In this document: in pieces, positions 53,266 to 64,000 of the stretch
Layout: each line of letters starts with the position of its first letter
Position numbering within the stretch: the first letter of the stretch is position 1
NCBI GenBank assembly: GCA_934132775.1
Contig: CAKPAA010000006.1
Coordinates: 1,983 to 65,982 of the forward strand
Reading direction: 5' to 3'
From: an uncultured Clostridia bacterium
Lineage (GTDB): Bacteria > Bacillota > Clostridia > TANB77 > UBA1234
Length of the DNA stretch: 64,000 nt
Notes under the pieces: model-generated
Told to the model about the DNA's origin: nothing
The model's database searches: none
What the model saw: the letters and a program-made list of their open reading frames with translations, nothing else
Made by a program: the position numbers and the translations under genes

Positions 53266-54039
53266 TTAGCAACCGTCTGTTTTATTGTACCCTATTATGT
53301 CTTTTACTATTTCACCAGCTATTATTAAGCCTGCAACTGATGGCACAAATGAAACACTTCCTGGCACTTGATTTCGTGATGCACATTTTCTTTTTGTTCC
53401 AGGTGGGCAAATGCAATTTGTTTTGCAACTGCAATTTGCCATTTCATCTATTTTTATCGGTTCTTCCTTTGAATATAGAACTTTTAAGCTATCAATATTT
53501 CTTTTTCTCAATTCTTTTCTCATAACTTTTGCTAGTGGACAAATGCTAGTTTTGTATATATCTGATATTTCAAATCTTGTTGGATCTAGTTTATTTCCTG
53601 TTCCCATTGATGAAATAACTGGTATTCCAAGTTTTTTGCATTGTATCACTATTTCAATTTTTGCCGTGACTGTATCTACACAGTCTACAACATAAGTTAG
53701 ATCTTTATTTATTATATTGCTTTCTGAGTTTGGTAAATAAAACTCTTGATGTGTCTCAACATTAGCATCTGGGTTTATATCAAGTATTCTTTCTTTCATA
53801 ACGTCTACTTTGAATTTTCCTACTGTCTTTCTTGTTGCTATTATTTGTCTATTTATGTTTGTTAAACAAATTTTATCGTCATCTATTATTACAAAATTTC
53901 CAACGCCCGCTCTTGCAAGCCCTTCAATTACAAATGAACCAACTCCACCAACACCAAACACTGCAATTTTAGCATTTTTTAATTTTTCTAATCCTTCTTT
54001 TCCTATTAGTAATTCTGTTCTTGAAAATTGATTTAACAT
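53266..54039 (-). CDS. tcdA: tRNA threonylcarbamoyladenosine dehydratase TcdA (ThiF/MoeB E1-like)
   Basis: KIAVFGVGGVGSFVIEGLARAGVGNFVIIDDD Rossmann motif. Confidence 0.8.
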   Translation of the reverse strand: MLNQFSRTELLIGKEGLEKLKNAKIAVFGVGGVGSFVIEGLARAGVGNFVIIDDDKICLTNINRQIIATRKTVGKFKVDVMKERILDINPDANVETHQEFYLPNSESNIINKDLTYVVDCVDTVTAKIEIVIQCKKLGIPVISSMGTGNKLDPTRFEISDIYKTSICPLAKVMRKELRKRNIDSLKVLYSKEEPIKIDEMANCSCKTNCICPPGTKRKCASRNQVPGSVSFVPSVAGLIIAGEIVKDIIGYNKTDGC

Positions 54040-54138
54040 TTTTATACTTCCATTTCTTTTATTTTATGTAAGATTCTTCTACTTTCAGCCTCAAACTCTC
54101 TATTGTCTAAATCTTAAATATCTAAATTTTCAGCTTTC

Positions 54139-56338
54139 TTATTTTTTTAATCTTAGTGCATTTAATACAACTGTTAGGCTGCTAATTGTCATTGCTAATG
54201 CCGCAAGCATTGGATTCAAAGCTACTCCTACTGGTTCTAGCACTCCGCAAGCCACTGGTATCATACAAATATTATAGAAAAAAGCCCAAAATAAATTTTG
54301 CTTTATATTTCTTATTGTATTCGCACTTATATCTAATAATGTGTTTATTTTTTCAATATTATCATTCATCAAAACTACACTTGCTGAATCCATTGCTATG
54401 TCTGTTCCTGATGAAACTGACACACCAATGTCTGATGTTACTAAACTTACGCTATCATTTATTCCGTCTCCACACATCATAACAAGACCGTCTTTTTTTA
54501 GCTCTTTTATTTTTTCAGCTTTTTCTTTCGGTGTGACATTTGATATTACGTTATCTATTCCCAGTTGACTTGCTATTATATTAGCTGTTTTTTCGTTGTC
54601 GCCTGTTATCATTGTGATTTTTATGCCTCTTTGTTTTAGTTTTTGTATAGTCTCTTTTGCATTCTCTTTTAAGGTATCTTTAACACCAATCAACGCAACC
54701 ATTTCGTCATTTATTGAAGCAAATAATATACTGTTTCCGTTCGCTTATCAAGCTTTGCTCATCTTGTGAAGATTTGATTTCGATATTGTTTTGTTCCATT
54801 ATTTTTCTGTTTCCTATTAAGATTTTATCTCCATTTTGATTTTTGGCTTCTATACCAAAACCTGCAATAGCCTTAAAATCTGCAATTTTTTCTAGTTCAA
54901 TATTTCTTTCATTTGCATATTGTACAACTGCTCTTGCAATTGGATGTTCTGAACTGTTTTCAGCACTTGCAATTTCTCTTAATAAATTGCTTTCTTCTAA
55001 GTTACAGTAATTAAATATTCTTGAAACTGTTAATTTTCCATTTGTTAGTGTTCCTGTTTTATCAAAGCATATGTCTTTTACTTTGTGTGCATTTTCCAAA
55101 GCTTCACTAGTTTTTATTAAAATTCCATTTTTACTAGCATTTCCAGATGCAATTACTATCGCAAGTGGTGTAGCAAGCCCCAAACTGCAAGGACAAGCAA
55201 CAACTAATATGCTTACAAATATGTTTAATGCTGTTGCAACACTCTTAGATATTGCAAACCAAACTGCAAAAGCAATAGCAGCAATAACTAAAACCGTTGG
55301 CACAAAATACCCACTTATCTTATCTGCAATTTTTGCAATTGGCGCTTTTGTTGATGTTGCATTTGCAACTAATTTAACAATTTCAGAAACGGTCGACTCT
55401 TTGCCTATTTTCTCAGCTTTATATTTTATCGCTCCATCATAATTTATGCTACCTGCAATTACTTTCGCACCAATTTCTTTTTTTACAGGCACACTTTCAC
55501 CTGTTATGAACGACTCGTTTATATGAGATTCCCCTTCTGCTATTTCACCGTCAACTGCAATTTTTTCTCCTGGTTTACAAATGACGATATCACCTTTTTT
55601 TATTTCATCTAATGTCACTTGTACTTCTTTGCCCTCACGCAAGATAGTAGCATTGTTAGGTGTTATTGTCATTAAATTTTGCAATGCTTCTTTTGTTTTA
55701 TCTTTATTTTTATTTTCGATATATTTTCCTATCTTTATGAAAAATATGACTATTGCAGCTGACTCATAATACAAGTTTTCAACATACATTAAGTCGCCGT
55801 TTAATATTTTTACTGTACTATATACACTATATGAAAAGCTTGCAAGCACACCTATCATAACTAATGTATCCATATTAGGTGTTTTGTGTATCAGGTTCTT
55901 ATATCCATTTTTTAAAATGTCTACTCCAAATAACAGCACAACAACAGTAAGCACAAGCAATGAAATCGCGTAATTTACTGGATATGTTTCCATATTCAAA
56001 AATGGAATAACTGGCAGACCAACCATATGTGACATTGATATATATAATATTAAAATTGATATTACTGATATTCCAATAAGTTTATATTTTTCATTAGATT
56101 TTTTTGTTTCTTCTTTTTCAAAGTTATCTATCCCTAAACTTTCAAATCCTGCCTTTTCAACAAATTTTTCTACTTGTTCTAGTGTTAATTTTTCATCGTC
56201 ATATTCGATATTTGCATTATTCATTACTAAATTTACAGCTGCACTTTCTATTCCATCTTGTTTATTCAAATATTTTTCTAAACCAGAAGAACACGCCGAA
56301 CAAGTCATTCCACCTATTTTTAGTAATACTTTTTTCAT
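54139..56338 (-). pseudogene. copA: copper-translocating P-type ATPase CopA, split by a 1-nt insertion near 54739
   Basis: N-terminal HMA GMTCSACSS, CPC, DKTGTLT (ORF 54707..56338). MITGDN, GDGINDS hinge (ORF 54139..54702). At the junction ...EQSLISE is followed by a shifted NGNSILFASINDEMVALIGV. Removing one c (gaa c gga) gives a continuous ...ISEGNSILFAS... Confidence 0.8.
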
Positions 56339-56341
56339 TTT

Positions 56342-56551
56342 TTATTCTCCCTTGAATCCTGCATCTTCGATTGCTTCCTTAATCTCTTTTTCGCTCGTTG
56401 TGTTTTCATCAAATTTAATTTCTGCAACTTTATTTTCAAAACTTACTTTTGCTTCTTCAATTCCATCTGTATTATTTAAAACTTTTTCTAATCTTCCCGA
56501 ACATCCTGTACAATGCATTCCTTCAATTTTTAATTTTATTTCTTTCATCAT
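56342..56551 (-). CDS. copZ: copper chaperone CopZ (HMA domain)
   Basis: GMHCTGCSGRLEKVL metal-binding motif. The start is one of the tandem ATGs. Confidence 0.85.
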   Translation of the reverse strand: MMKEIKLKIEGMHCTGCSGRLEKVLNNTDGIEEAKVSFENKVAEIKFDENTTSEKEIKEAIEDAGFKGE

Positions 56552-56645
56552 TATCATTCCTTTCATATCCTTTTATTTTTACTAATTGTTTCATTTATTA
56601 TCTCCAACTTTTGCTTGGAATTTCACAAATCTAAACAAAATATAT

Positions 56646-57890
56646 TTAAAATTTATTATTAAAATAATAGTTATTGTATAGTTCTATCGCAGTTGTGGGG
56701 CTGTCTACGCCGTCTTTGTTTTTTATTGGTGCAAAATTTTCTTCTCTTTTCACACTCAAAACAAGCATATCGTCTGCAACTTCAAAGCCATCAAATATAA
56801 ACATCTCAAACTTATATGTGTTTGGTTGTTCACCAATAATCATCTTTCCATTCTTATCTATATAACTATTTTTCTTTTTAGCTGGTCTGTATTCTAAACC
56901 TTGAACAATTTTTTCTAGCAAACTAACTTTGAACATTACAAATCCATAATAAGCCTCTCCAAATTTCAAGTTATTATTTTCATCTTTCTCATTCGCCATT
57001 TTTTCTGTAATCTCTGTATATTCAACAACTCCCGGCTTACCATTTAACTTACACACAACACCAACCTTTTCTTCTGGCGACGTCTTTGTAACTGTTTTAA
57101 CAGCCAGTTCTTTATTTTCTATGTTCATCATTCCAATAAAAGTTGGTTCTAACATGTCTAATAAAATATTATCAACATTTCCTATGCCTAAATATTCGAT
57201 GCCTTTTTCTTTTAGTTTCTCTAAAATACCTTGTGCGTGTAAAGCATCATATATTCCACCATTTCCATTTGCAGCCATAAAGACCTTATCCTTGGCTGAT
57301 AAAGTATAATTGCCATCAAAATCTAATATAGGCAATTCTTTTTGTGAGAAAAATATTATATTTTCTTTTCCGTAGTTAAAATAATTATTCTTCTCAAAAA
57401 ATAATTTTGTTTCTTTATCATTTTGTTCGCTCGTCATTATGAACCACAATATTTTTACATTATATTTATTACACGTTTCTTTTATTTTATCTGCGAAAAT
57501 TTCAAATATTGTCTTTGGAGTTTTTAAAGCCACAGTGTAAGTTCCTTTTGGTCCACTATACCCAAGCCTAGTGCCTTGGCCACCAGCCATTTGGCAAACA
57601 GCCACTTTACCGTTTTTTAATAATTCCTCGCCTTTTTCTCTATACTTATTCTTTTGTTCATCAGTTAAACTTTCTATTTTTATGTACGGTATGCTTTCTA
57701 TTTTTTTATTTGCGACTGGTGGTGTGTTTCTAACATTATACAATTTTCTCATCAAATCAAAGTCTATTTTTTCTATTTGCTCAAATAAACTTTCTCTTTC
57801 ATCCTCAGATAACTCATTATAAAAGTTTAACAAATATTCTGCATTGTTTTCTTTTAGGTATTTATACATCTCATCAAAATTTTTCAACAT
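56646..57890 (-). CDS. UDP-sugar pyrophosphorylase, UDPGP family (UDP-GlcNAc/UTP-glucose-1-phosphate uridylyltransferase-like)
   Basis: VAVCQMAGGQGTRLGYSGPKG nucleotide-binding loop. Confidence 0.7.
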   Translation of the reverse strand: MLKNFDEMYKYLKENNAEYLLNFYNELSEDERESLFEQIEKIDFDLMRKLYNVRNTPPVANKKIESIPYIKIESLTDEQKNKYREKGEELLKNGKVAVCQMAGGQGTRLGYSGPKGTYTVALKTPKTIFEIFADKIKETCNKYNVKILWFIMTSEQNDKETKLFFEKNNYFNYGKENIIFFSQKELPILDFDGNYTLSAKDKVFMAANGNGGIYDALHAQGILEKLKEKGIEYLGIGNVDNILLDMLEPTFIGMMNIENKELAVKTVTKTSPEEKVGVVCKLNGKPGVVEYTEITEKMANEKDENNNLKFGEAYYGFVMFKVSLLEKIVQGLEYRPAKKKNSYIDKNGKMIIGEQPNTYKFEMFIFDGFEVADDMLVLSVKREENFAPIKNKDGVDSPTTAIELYNNYYFNNKF

Positions 57891-57912
57891 ATAGCTTCCT
57901 TTCTAAAACATT

Positions 57913-59622
57913 CTACATTTTCTCTGGTGTTTGTATTCCTAATAATCCTAAGCCACTCTTTATTGTTGCACCAACACATTTGGTAAGCGCAAGTCTTGCC
58001 ATTTTTGTTTCTTCATCATCACATATTATTTGATGTTCATTGTAAAATCTGCTAAAACTATGTGCCAAGTCTATTAAATACCTAGAAATTATTGAAGGCT
58101 CATTTTTGTTAGTTGCACTTATAACAATATCAGTATATTCAGAAAGTCTCTTTATTACATCTATCGCTTCAGCATCTAATAATTTTTCAAAGTTAATTTT
58201 GCTTTCGTCTATATTTGTAATTCCAGCATTTCTTAATATACTCTGAGTTCTAACGTACGTATATTGCATATATGGACCTGTTTCTCCGTTAAAGTTTAGT
58301 AATTGATTCCAATCAAATATTTCGTCCTTAATTCTGTTATTAGACAAATCATTAAATATAACAGCACCAACACCAACCATTTTGGCAACTTCTTTTTTGT
58401 TTTCCAAAGTTGGATTTTTTTCTTCAATAATTTTCTCAGATTTATCTATCGCTTCATTCAATATTTCTTCTAAAGTTAATAGATTTCCACCTTTTCTCGA
58501 ACCGATTTTTTCTCCATTTTCATCTAAGACAAGGCCAAAAGGTATATGCTCACAAACTTTGGCATATTTCTCATATCCCATCATTTCTAGCACTTTGAAA
58601 ATTTGCTTGAAATGAAGAGACTGCTCACTTCCAACCACATATAATGCCTTAGAAAAATCATATGTATCTATTCTGTACAAAAGTGCAGCTAAATCACGAG
58701 TAGCGTAAATTGTTGTGCCCGCAGAAGTTATTATTATGCAAGGTGGTATGTTCTCTTCTGGCATTTCAACAACCTTAGCACCTTCACTATCTTTTAATAA
58801 CCCTTTTTTTTCTAGTTCTTTTATAACTCTATCCATTTTATCGTTATAGAAAGCCTCTCCGTTGTACGAATCAAACTGAGAGCCAAGCAAATCATAAACT
58901 CTTCTATAATTTTCTAAGCTTATGTCTATTATCCATTTCCAAATCTTTGTTGTTTCTTCATCCTTGTTTTCAAGCCTTATTAAAACATCTCTTGCCTTCT
59001 CTGTGTATGACGGATCTTCCTTTTCCATTTTGTTAAATCTAACATATATCGCAAGAATTGACTTAATTGGCTCAACATCAAAAGAATATTCGTCTTTCCA
59101 CATCTCATATCCAGCAATCGTTTTTGAAATTCCCATTCCCCAGTCACCTAAGTGATTTATTCCAACAACATTGTATCCTAAGAACTTATACATTTTGTAT
59201 AAAGCTCCACCAATAACAGTCGTACGCAAATGTCCAATGTGAAAAGGTTTTGCAATGTTTGGAGAAGAATAATCAATTACTATTGTCTTACCTTCACCAA
59301 TGTTACTCTTTCCGTAATTTTCTCCTTTTTCTAATGCTTCGATTAAAACGTGTTTAACTAAGCCTTCTTTATTTATGAAAAAGTTTAAGTATCCTCCTGC
59401 GACGTCTATTCTTTCTATTACGTCATCTACTTTCATTTTTTCTTTTATCTCATTTGCTATAACAGGTGGCGCTTTTCTCATACTCTTTGCAAGTTTAAAG
59501 CAAGGAAATGCAAAATCACCCATATCTGAATTTGGTGGTATTTCTATGTATTCCTCTAACTCTTTTGTATCAACATCTGTTATTTTATGAATTCTTTCAG
59601 CAATTTCATTTTTATAGTTCAT
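57913..59622 (-). CDS. argS: arginyl-tRNA synthetase
   Basis: HIGHLRTTVIG HIGH motif. 569 aa. Confidence 0.95.
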   Translation of the reverse strand: MNYKNEIAERIHKITDVDTKELEEYIEIPPNSDMGDFAFPCFKLAKSMRKAPPVIANEIKEKMKVDDVIERIDVAGGYLNFFINKEGLVKHVLIEALEKGENYGKSNIGEGKTIVIDYSSPNIAKPFHIGHLRTTVIGGALYKMYKFLGYNVVGINHLGDWGMGISKTIAGYEMWKDEYSFDVEPIKSILAIYVRFNKMEKEDPSYTEKARDVLIRLENKDEETTKIWKWIIDISLENYRRVYDLLGSQFDSYNGEAFYNDKMDRVIKELEKKGLLKDSEGAKVVEMPEENIPPCIIITSAGTTIYATRDLAALLYRIDTYDFSKALYVVGSEQSLHFKQIFKVLEMMGYEKYAKVCEHIPFGLVLDENGEKIGSRKGGNLLTLEEILNEAIDKSEKIIEEKNPTLENKKEVAKMVGVGAVIFNDLSNNRIKDEIFDWNQLLNFNGETGPYMQYTYVRTQSILRNAGITNIDESKINFEKLLDAEAIDVIKRLSEYTDIVISATNKNEPSIISRYLIDLAHSFSRFYNEHQIICDDEETKMARLALTKCVGATIKSGLGLLGIQTPEKM

Positions 59623-59638
59623 TTTATCCTCCCTCTGC

Positions 59639-60920
59639 CTACATAGGCATATGTTCTTTAAGCCATTTAATTCTATCTGCTCTGACTTTTTCTTTCAATT
59701 TATTAAACTCCTTTTCCCCAGGATATTTCTTTCCATTTATCTCAGTCATCATTTCTTTTCCAATAATTGCAAACTCAATTTTTCTATTCGTTGTTTTATC
59801 TGCATTTGCCAAAATTTCCATTCCGTCCAGCCCCAAGCTACTTTTATAAATCCTCTCAATAAAATCTACTCTTTTAGGATAAGTCATTATATCAAAAATT
59901 CCAGCTCGCATATGTTCTAAGCAAGCAGTTTTACCTATTTTATGCCACTTAGCAGGAAGTTTTAGCCTGCTACATAATTTGTTTAATGGCTCAATACCAT
60001 TTTCTTCATGATTTATATGTCGTGGTAAAATTTCTTTTGGTGTTGCAGCCTTACCTAAGTCGTGAACTAAACCTGCAAATACAATACTCGGATTTGATGT
60101 GTCTATTGCAATTTTATCTATTACTAACATCGTGTGTTCATACGCATCGCCTTCTGGATGATACTGTATTGGTTGCTCAACACCAATTAAATCATTTACC
60201 TCTTTAAAATGCTCTTCTAACAAATTAGCACTTTTTAAAGCATTAAAAAATTTACTTGGTCTATTAGCTTGCAATGCTCTTTCTAATTCTGCAAACACTC
60301 TCTCAGAAGACAAAAAATCTAATTCTAACTTACATTTCTTCATAAGTTCAAGTGTATAATCATCAATCTTAAAATCATTTTCATCGTTATCAAAATACTC
60401 TTCCGTTTTAAAAAAACTATCTACACACAACTTCTTTGATAACTGGGCTAAAAACCTTGCAACTCTGTACGCTCTCAAAGGATCTTCTAAAAAAGCATCA
60501 CTAGTTGCTCTAATCACTTTATTTTTCAAATCACGCACTCCGATTAAACGGGTCTATAATTTCTTCAGTCAGCACATCTTTTGCAATGCTATTTATCGTT
60601 ATATCTCTTCTTTTCAAATCTTCTTCTATCGATATTTTACTATTAGTAAGCATTTCAAAACCCTTGTGCCCATTAGAAACTTTCTTTTCAACTCTTGCCA
60701 TTGCAAACTCAATATTATCCATTGTGAATACAGGAAAGGATTTTCCCTGAATTTTGGCATTTGGAAATATCTCTTCAAAAGTTTCTCTTTCAATTCCAGT
60801 AACACAATAGTCATAATCTTTTGGCTGTAATCCAAGCAAACTATCCCTTAATGCTCCGCCAACTAAATAAAGTCTACCACCATATTTTTCTATTTTTTTA
60901 GCGATATATATAATATCCAA
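59639..60920 (-). pseudogene. cca: CCA-adding tRNA nucleotidyltransferase with HD domain, split by a 1-nt insertion near 60542
   Basis: Head domain GGALRD...DYD (ORF 60531..60920) ends ...IIDPFNRSA*. The +1 frame continues (V)RDLKNKVIRATSDAFLEDPLRAYRVARF... with HD motif LVHDLGK (ORF 59639..60538). Removing the c in aat c gga restores IIDPFNGVRDLKN. Confidence 0.8.
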
Positions 60921-61220
60921 CTTTAATGACCACCTCCAAAAGCCTATTCTAACGTGTTCGTACTAAAATCTCACTCGGTTATTATAGCATATTTTGCTAC
61001 ATACAGCAATAAGTAACAAAGCAAAAAAATGTCCATTCTCTTTAACAGCACATAACTTACTCAAATAGAAATTTACTTTTTTAAGTTTCAACAAAATACC
61101 CACATTTTTATAAATATTAAGCTCTCACTAATACTTGAAATTGAAAAAGGAGAACAGTTTTTGACTGTTCCCCCCTTTTTCCCTTAAAACTCAACTCAGA
61201 AGAAGTTTAATCTTCTAATC

Positions 61221-61943
61221 TCAGCCCTCCATTTTTGTAATTCTCACAATAGAGACCTCGTACGTAGTTCTAGCTTCTACATCTTCGGAGTCCGAAAGCT
61301 TTTTCAAGTATTCCCTACTCTGTACTCTACCATACAACTTAATCCAGTCGCCTACTTCAAGCTTGCTCGCATATTGTGCAGCTCTTCCCCAAGCAATGCA
61401 AGGAATATAGTCAACTTTATTGTGAGGTCTACCTACTGCAATTACGAAGTCAGTAATCTGCCTACCCAAAGGCGTCGTTCTGAATGTAGACTGCCTACAA
61501 ATGTGACCGTTCAAATAGATTAAGTTTTCAATTGGTAAAGCATACTCCAATTCTTCTCCAATTTCATAAACTTTGATGTTCCTGGCAAACAGGAACAGCT
61601 CCAAATGCTTCCGACCATCTTTGCCAACTTTTTTATAAGAACGTAACTGTCCTTCAACTTTGACATACTTGCCTTTCAAACCACTTTCAATGGCAATGGG
61701 CATCAGCAACTCAGATACAATTATGGGTATATAGTCTGCAGTTCCACTCAACCTCACAACCCTTATTCTGGTTTTGTAGAATTTTTCCCGCAAAAACTCG
61801 TGGCTATACTCGAATTCTTCCTCGATAAAGCCACTTACGCAAATCTTGTTGAAATCGGTAGAGGCATTTTCTTTGCCAATACTTATACCTTGGTAAGTTA
61901 CGACCTTGTTGTCCTGCGTTGCTACGAAACTTTTTTCTGACAT
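61221..61943 (-). CDS. SSB-like protein with two OB-fold repeats, GC-enriched (about 42%)
   Basis: C-terminal repeat DFVIAVGRPHNKVDYIPCIAWGRAAQY...GDWIKLYGRVQSREY resembles the SSB core. AGGAGG RBS 9 nt upstream of the ATG giving MSEKSF. Confidence 0.55.
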   Translation of the reverse strand: MSEKSFVATQDNKVVTYQGISIGKENASTDFNKICVSGFIEEEFEYSHEFLREKFYKTRIRVVRLSGTADYIPIIVSELLMPIAIESGLKGKYVKVEGQLRSYKKVGKDGRKHLELFLFARNIKVYEIGEELEYALPIENLIYLNGHICRQSTFRTTPLGRQITDFVIAVGRPHNKVDYIPCIAWGRAAQYASKLEVGDWIKLYGRVQSREYLKKLSDSEDVEARTTYEVSIVRITKMEG

Positions 61944-62443
61944 TGTACTATTTCCTCCTGTAATAATATTTTTTTGCTTATAGTACATTAGTAGAAAGAA
62001 TTTTTTAACTTGTTTATTAGCACAAATACTGCACTAATAATCAGATTCAGAAATTACTTCTTCCTCCTTTATAGTAATATAAACAGCATACAAATTATAA
62101 CATCAATTAACAATTTTGTAAAGATTATGTAAAATAGTTTCTTAGATTCATAATAAACTTCTACCTTCCATATTGAACTCACTTTCGGAAATAGAAATTA
62201 CTTTTGCAAGTTGTCATTTAAATAATACAGCCAAAATACATTTTAATCTCAAATAACTAAAATTGAAAAAATCGCTCATAAATAATGCACATTTCAAATT
62301 TTATCTAACCGTAAATTTGTTGTTGTTTACGAGTTGACTTTTTATAGCTTTTACGTTAATATAAGCTTTGTGTAAATGCCAAGTCATTCAGGTATTTACG
62401 CAAATCATTTACAGAATTTGATAAAAAAGGAGAGTTATTATAA

Positions 62444-64000
62444 ATGTCATTATGCTCAGTATGTAAAAAGAATACGGCTGTAGTATTTGTTAATAAGATG
62501 GTTGATGGAAAACCTGAAATTGAAGGTTTGTGTCTTTCTTGTGCTAAAAAAAGAGGCATCAATCCACTATCTTCAATGATGAAACAATACGGTGCTTCAG
62601 ATGAAGATATTGAAAATTTGAACGAACAGTTTGAAGAAATTGTTTCTTCATTATCAGGAGATAGCGAAATGCCAGAAGAATTAGCAGAAGAACTTAATAT
62701 GGACGACCCAAATAGTCCATTTTCTTCTATGCTGTCTAATTTATTTCCTAGTATGAACGCACATAGCGACACAGAAAATGCAGATTTTTCAAAAACTAAG
62801 AGTTCATCTAGCAAAGAAAAAAATAAAAAAGATAAGAAAAGAAAGATTCTTGATACCTATGGTGTAAATTTAACAGCCAAGGCTCGTGACGGCAAAATAG
62901 ATAAACTTATTGGAAGAGATGTTGAAATTGAACGCATTACTCAAATACTAAATCGTCGTAGCAAAAATAATCCTTGTTTAATTGGTGAACCTGGTGTCGG
63001 CAAGACCGCAATTGCACAAGGACTTGCTCTTAAAATTGCAGAAAAAGATGTTCCTGCAAAATTGTTGTCAGCCGAAATTTACCAAATAGATATGACTTCA
63101 ATGGTAGCTGGCACTCAATTTAGAGGTCAATTTGAGGCAAGAATGAAAGCTCTAATCGAAGAATGTCGTCAATGTGGAAATATTATTCTTGTAATTGATG
63201 AAATTCACAACATTGTTGGAGCTGGTGGTGACGTAAATCAAACAATGAATGCCGCAAACATTTTAAAGCCAGCACTATCTAATGGAGACATTCAAGTTAT
63301 TGGTACTACAACACTTAAAGAATATAGGAAAAACATAGAAAAAGATGCTGCACTTGAAAGAAGATTTCAACCAGTTATTGTTGAAGAGCCTTCAATTCAA
63401 GACACAATAAAAATTTTAAGTGGTATAAAGGACTATTATGAAAATTATCATCACGTAAAAGTTTCTGATACATTGATAAAACAAATTGTGCTAATGTCTG
63501 AGAAATACATTCACGATAGATTTTTGCCAGATAAAGCAATTGATATATTAGATGAAGCTTGTTCAAAAGTTAATTTGACAAACAAAGTGCTAGCTCAACT
63601 TCAAATTATGAAAGATGAACTTGAACAAGTCAAAGCTAAAAAAGATGAATTAGAAACAATTACTAATGAAAATGAGACACCTGATTATGAAAAGATTGCG
63701 AACTTAAAATCTCGTGAAACAGCACTTATTAACCAAATTGCAGATATGTCACAAGGCAATAATTTAGAGTTGGAGTTAAATATTGATGATGTCGCAGCTA
63801 TAATCGAAAATTGGACAAAAATACCTGCTTCAAAAATATCTGAGACAGAAGCTGATAAATTATTAAACTTAGAAAAAAATATTCATAAGAGACTAATAGG
63901 TCAAGATGAAGCTGTAACTGCTGTTGCCGATGCAATTAGAAGAAACCGTGCAGGGCTAAGAAATAAAAAACGTCCACCATCATTCATTTTTGTTGGTCCA
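62444..64000 (+). CDS. clpE: Clp ATPase with N-terminal zinc ribbon (ClpE-like), 5' part, continues beyond the window
   Basis: AAGGAGAG RBS. N-terminal CSVC...CLSC. AAA+ domain 1 [15 protein letters not shown]. Coiled-coil middle domain. Start of domain 2. Open to the window end. Absent from the ORF track for lack of a stop. Confidence 0.85.
   Translation, partial: MSLCSVCKKNTAVVFVNKMVDGKPEIEGLCLSCAKKRGINPLSSMMKQYGASDEDIENLNEQFEEIVSSLSGDSEMPEELAEELNMDDPNSPFSSMLSNLFPSMNAHSDTENADFSKTKSSSSKEKNKKDKKRKILDTYGVNLTAKARDGKIDKLIGRDVEIERITQILNRRSKNNPCLIGEPGVGKTAIAQGLALKIAEKDVPAKLLSAEIYQIDMTSMVAGTQFRGQFEARMKALIEECRQCGNIILVIDEIHNIVGAGGDVNQTMNAANILKPALSNGDIQVIGTTTLKEYRKNIEKDAALERRFQPVIVEEPSIQDTIKILSGIKDYYENYHHVKVSDTLIKQIVLMSEKYIHDRFLPDKAIDILDEACSKVNLTNKVLAQLQIMKDELEQVKAKKDELETITNENETPDYEKIANLKSRETALINQIADMSQGNNLELELNIDDVAAIIENWTKIPASKISETEADKLLNLEKNIHKRLIGQDEAVTAVADAIRRNRAGLRNKKRPPSFIFVGP

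Noticed and set aside
62300-62440. Possible CtsR operator upstream of clpE (AGTCATTCAGGTATTT)
   Set aside because: Only one heptad approximates the RGTCADN direct repeat. The second repeat does not match, so I do not call it.
62356-62814. 152-aa minus-strand ORF and 63375..63566 minus-strand ORF
   Set aside because: Both lie inside the clear ClpE-like plus-strand coding region (zinc ribbon, Walker A GEPGVGKT). They are antisense artefacts.

Overview
AT-rich (about 30% GC) chromosomal window from an endospore-forming, low-GC Firmicute (Clostridia-like). Sporulation genes gpr, spoIID-like and spoIIM are present. Most genes lie on the minus strand. The housekeeping backbone is holA, ruvC, murB, ychF, a yrrM-like OMT + U32 peptidase pair, mnmA, the sufCBDS-sufU cluster, gatCAB-aspS with a T-box leader, asnS, xerD, rnhA, tmcAL, tyrS, a copZ-copA pair, argS, cca and the 5' part of clpE. 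An accessory island of about 8.4 kb (about 27.3-35.7 kb) lies between sufC and tRNA-Thr(CGT). It carries a disrupted large serine recombinase, an oriT-like inverted-repeat region with a truncated MobV relaxase, a frameshifted KilA-N gene, GC-rich orphan genes and a candidate small RNA / hydrophobic sORF. Further GC-rich single-gene cassettes sit between the aspS T-box leader and asnS, and next to clpE. The three small GC-rich genes at 27541, 31761 and 41664 are each driven by a near-consensus sigmaA promoter. Those three promoters and a fourth (P4) all contain the palindromic spacer motif TTTAYRTAAA directly after the -35; P4 points at the 28938..29876 membrane-protein gene. Related sequences occur at two other promoters in the island. 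This looks like a dispersed, co-regulated cassette family. Five genes (gpr, recombinase twice, copA, cca) are broken by the same lesion: one extra C in front of a GGA/GGT glycine codon. The 5' end of the window holds a three-gene operon with a giant (about 1920 aa) membrane-anchored protein carrying M23 peptidase and lytic transglycosylase domains. No CRISPR array or rRNA gene was found.
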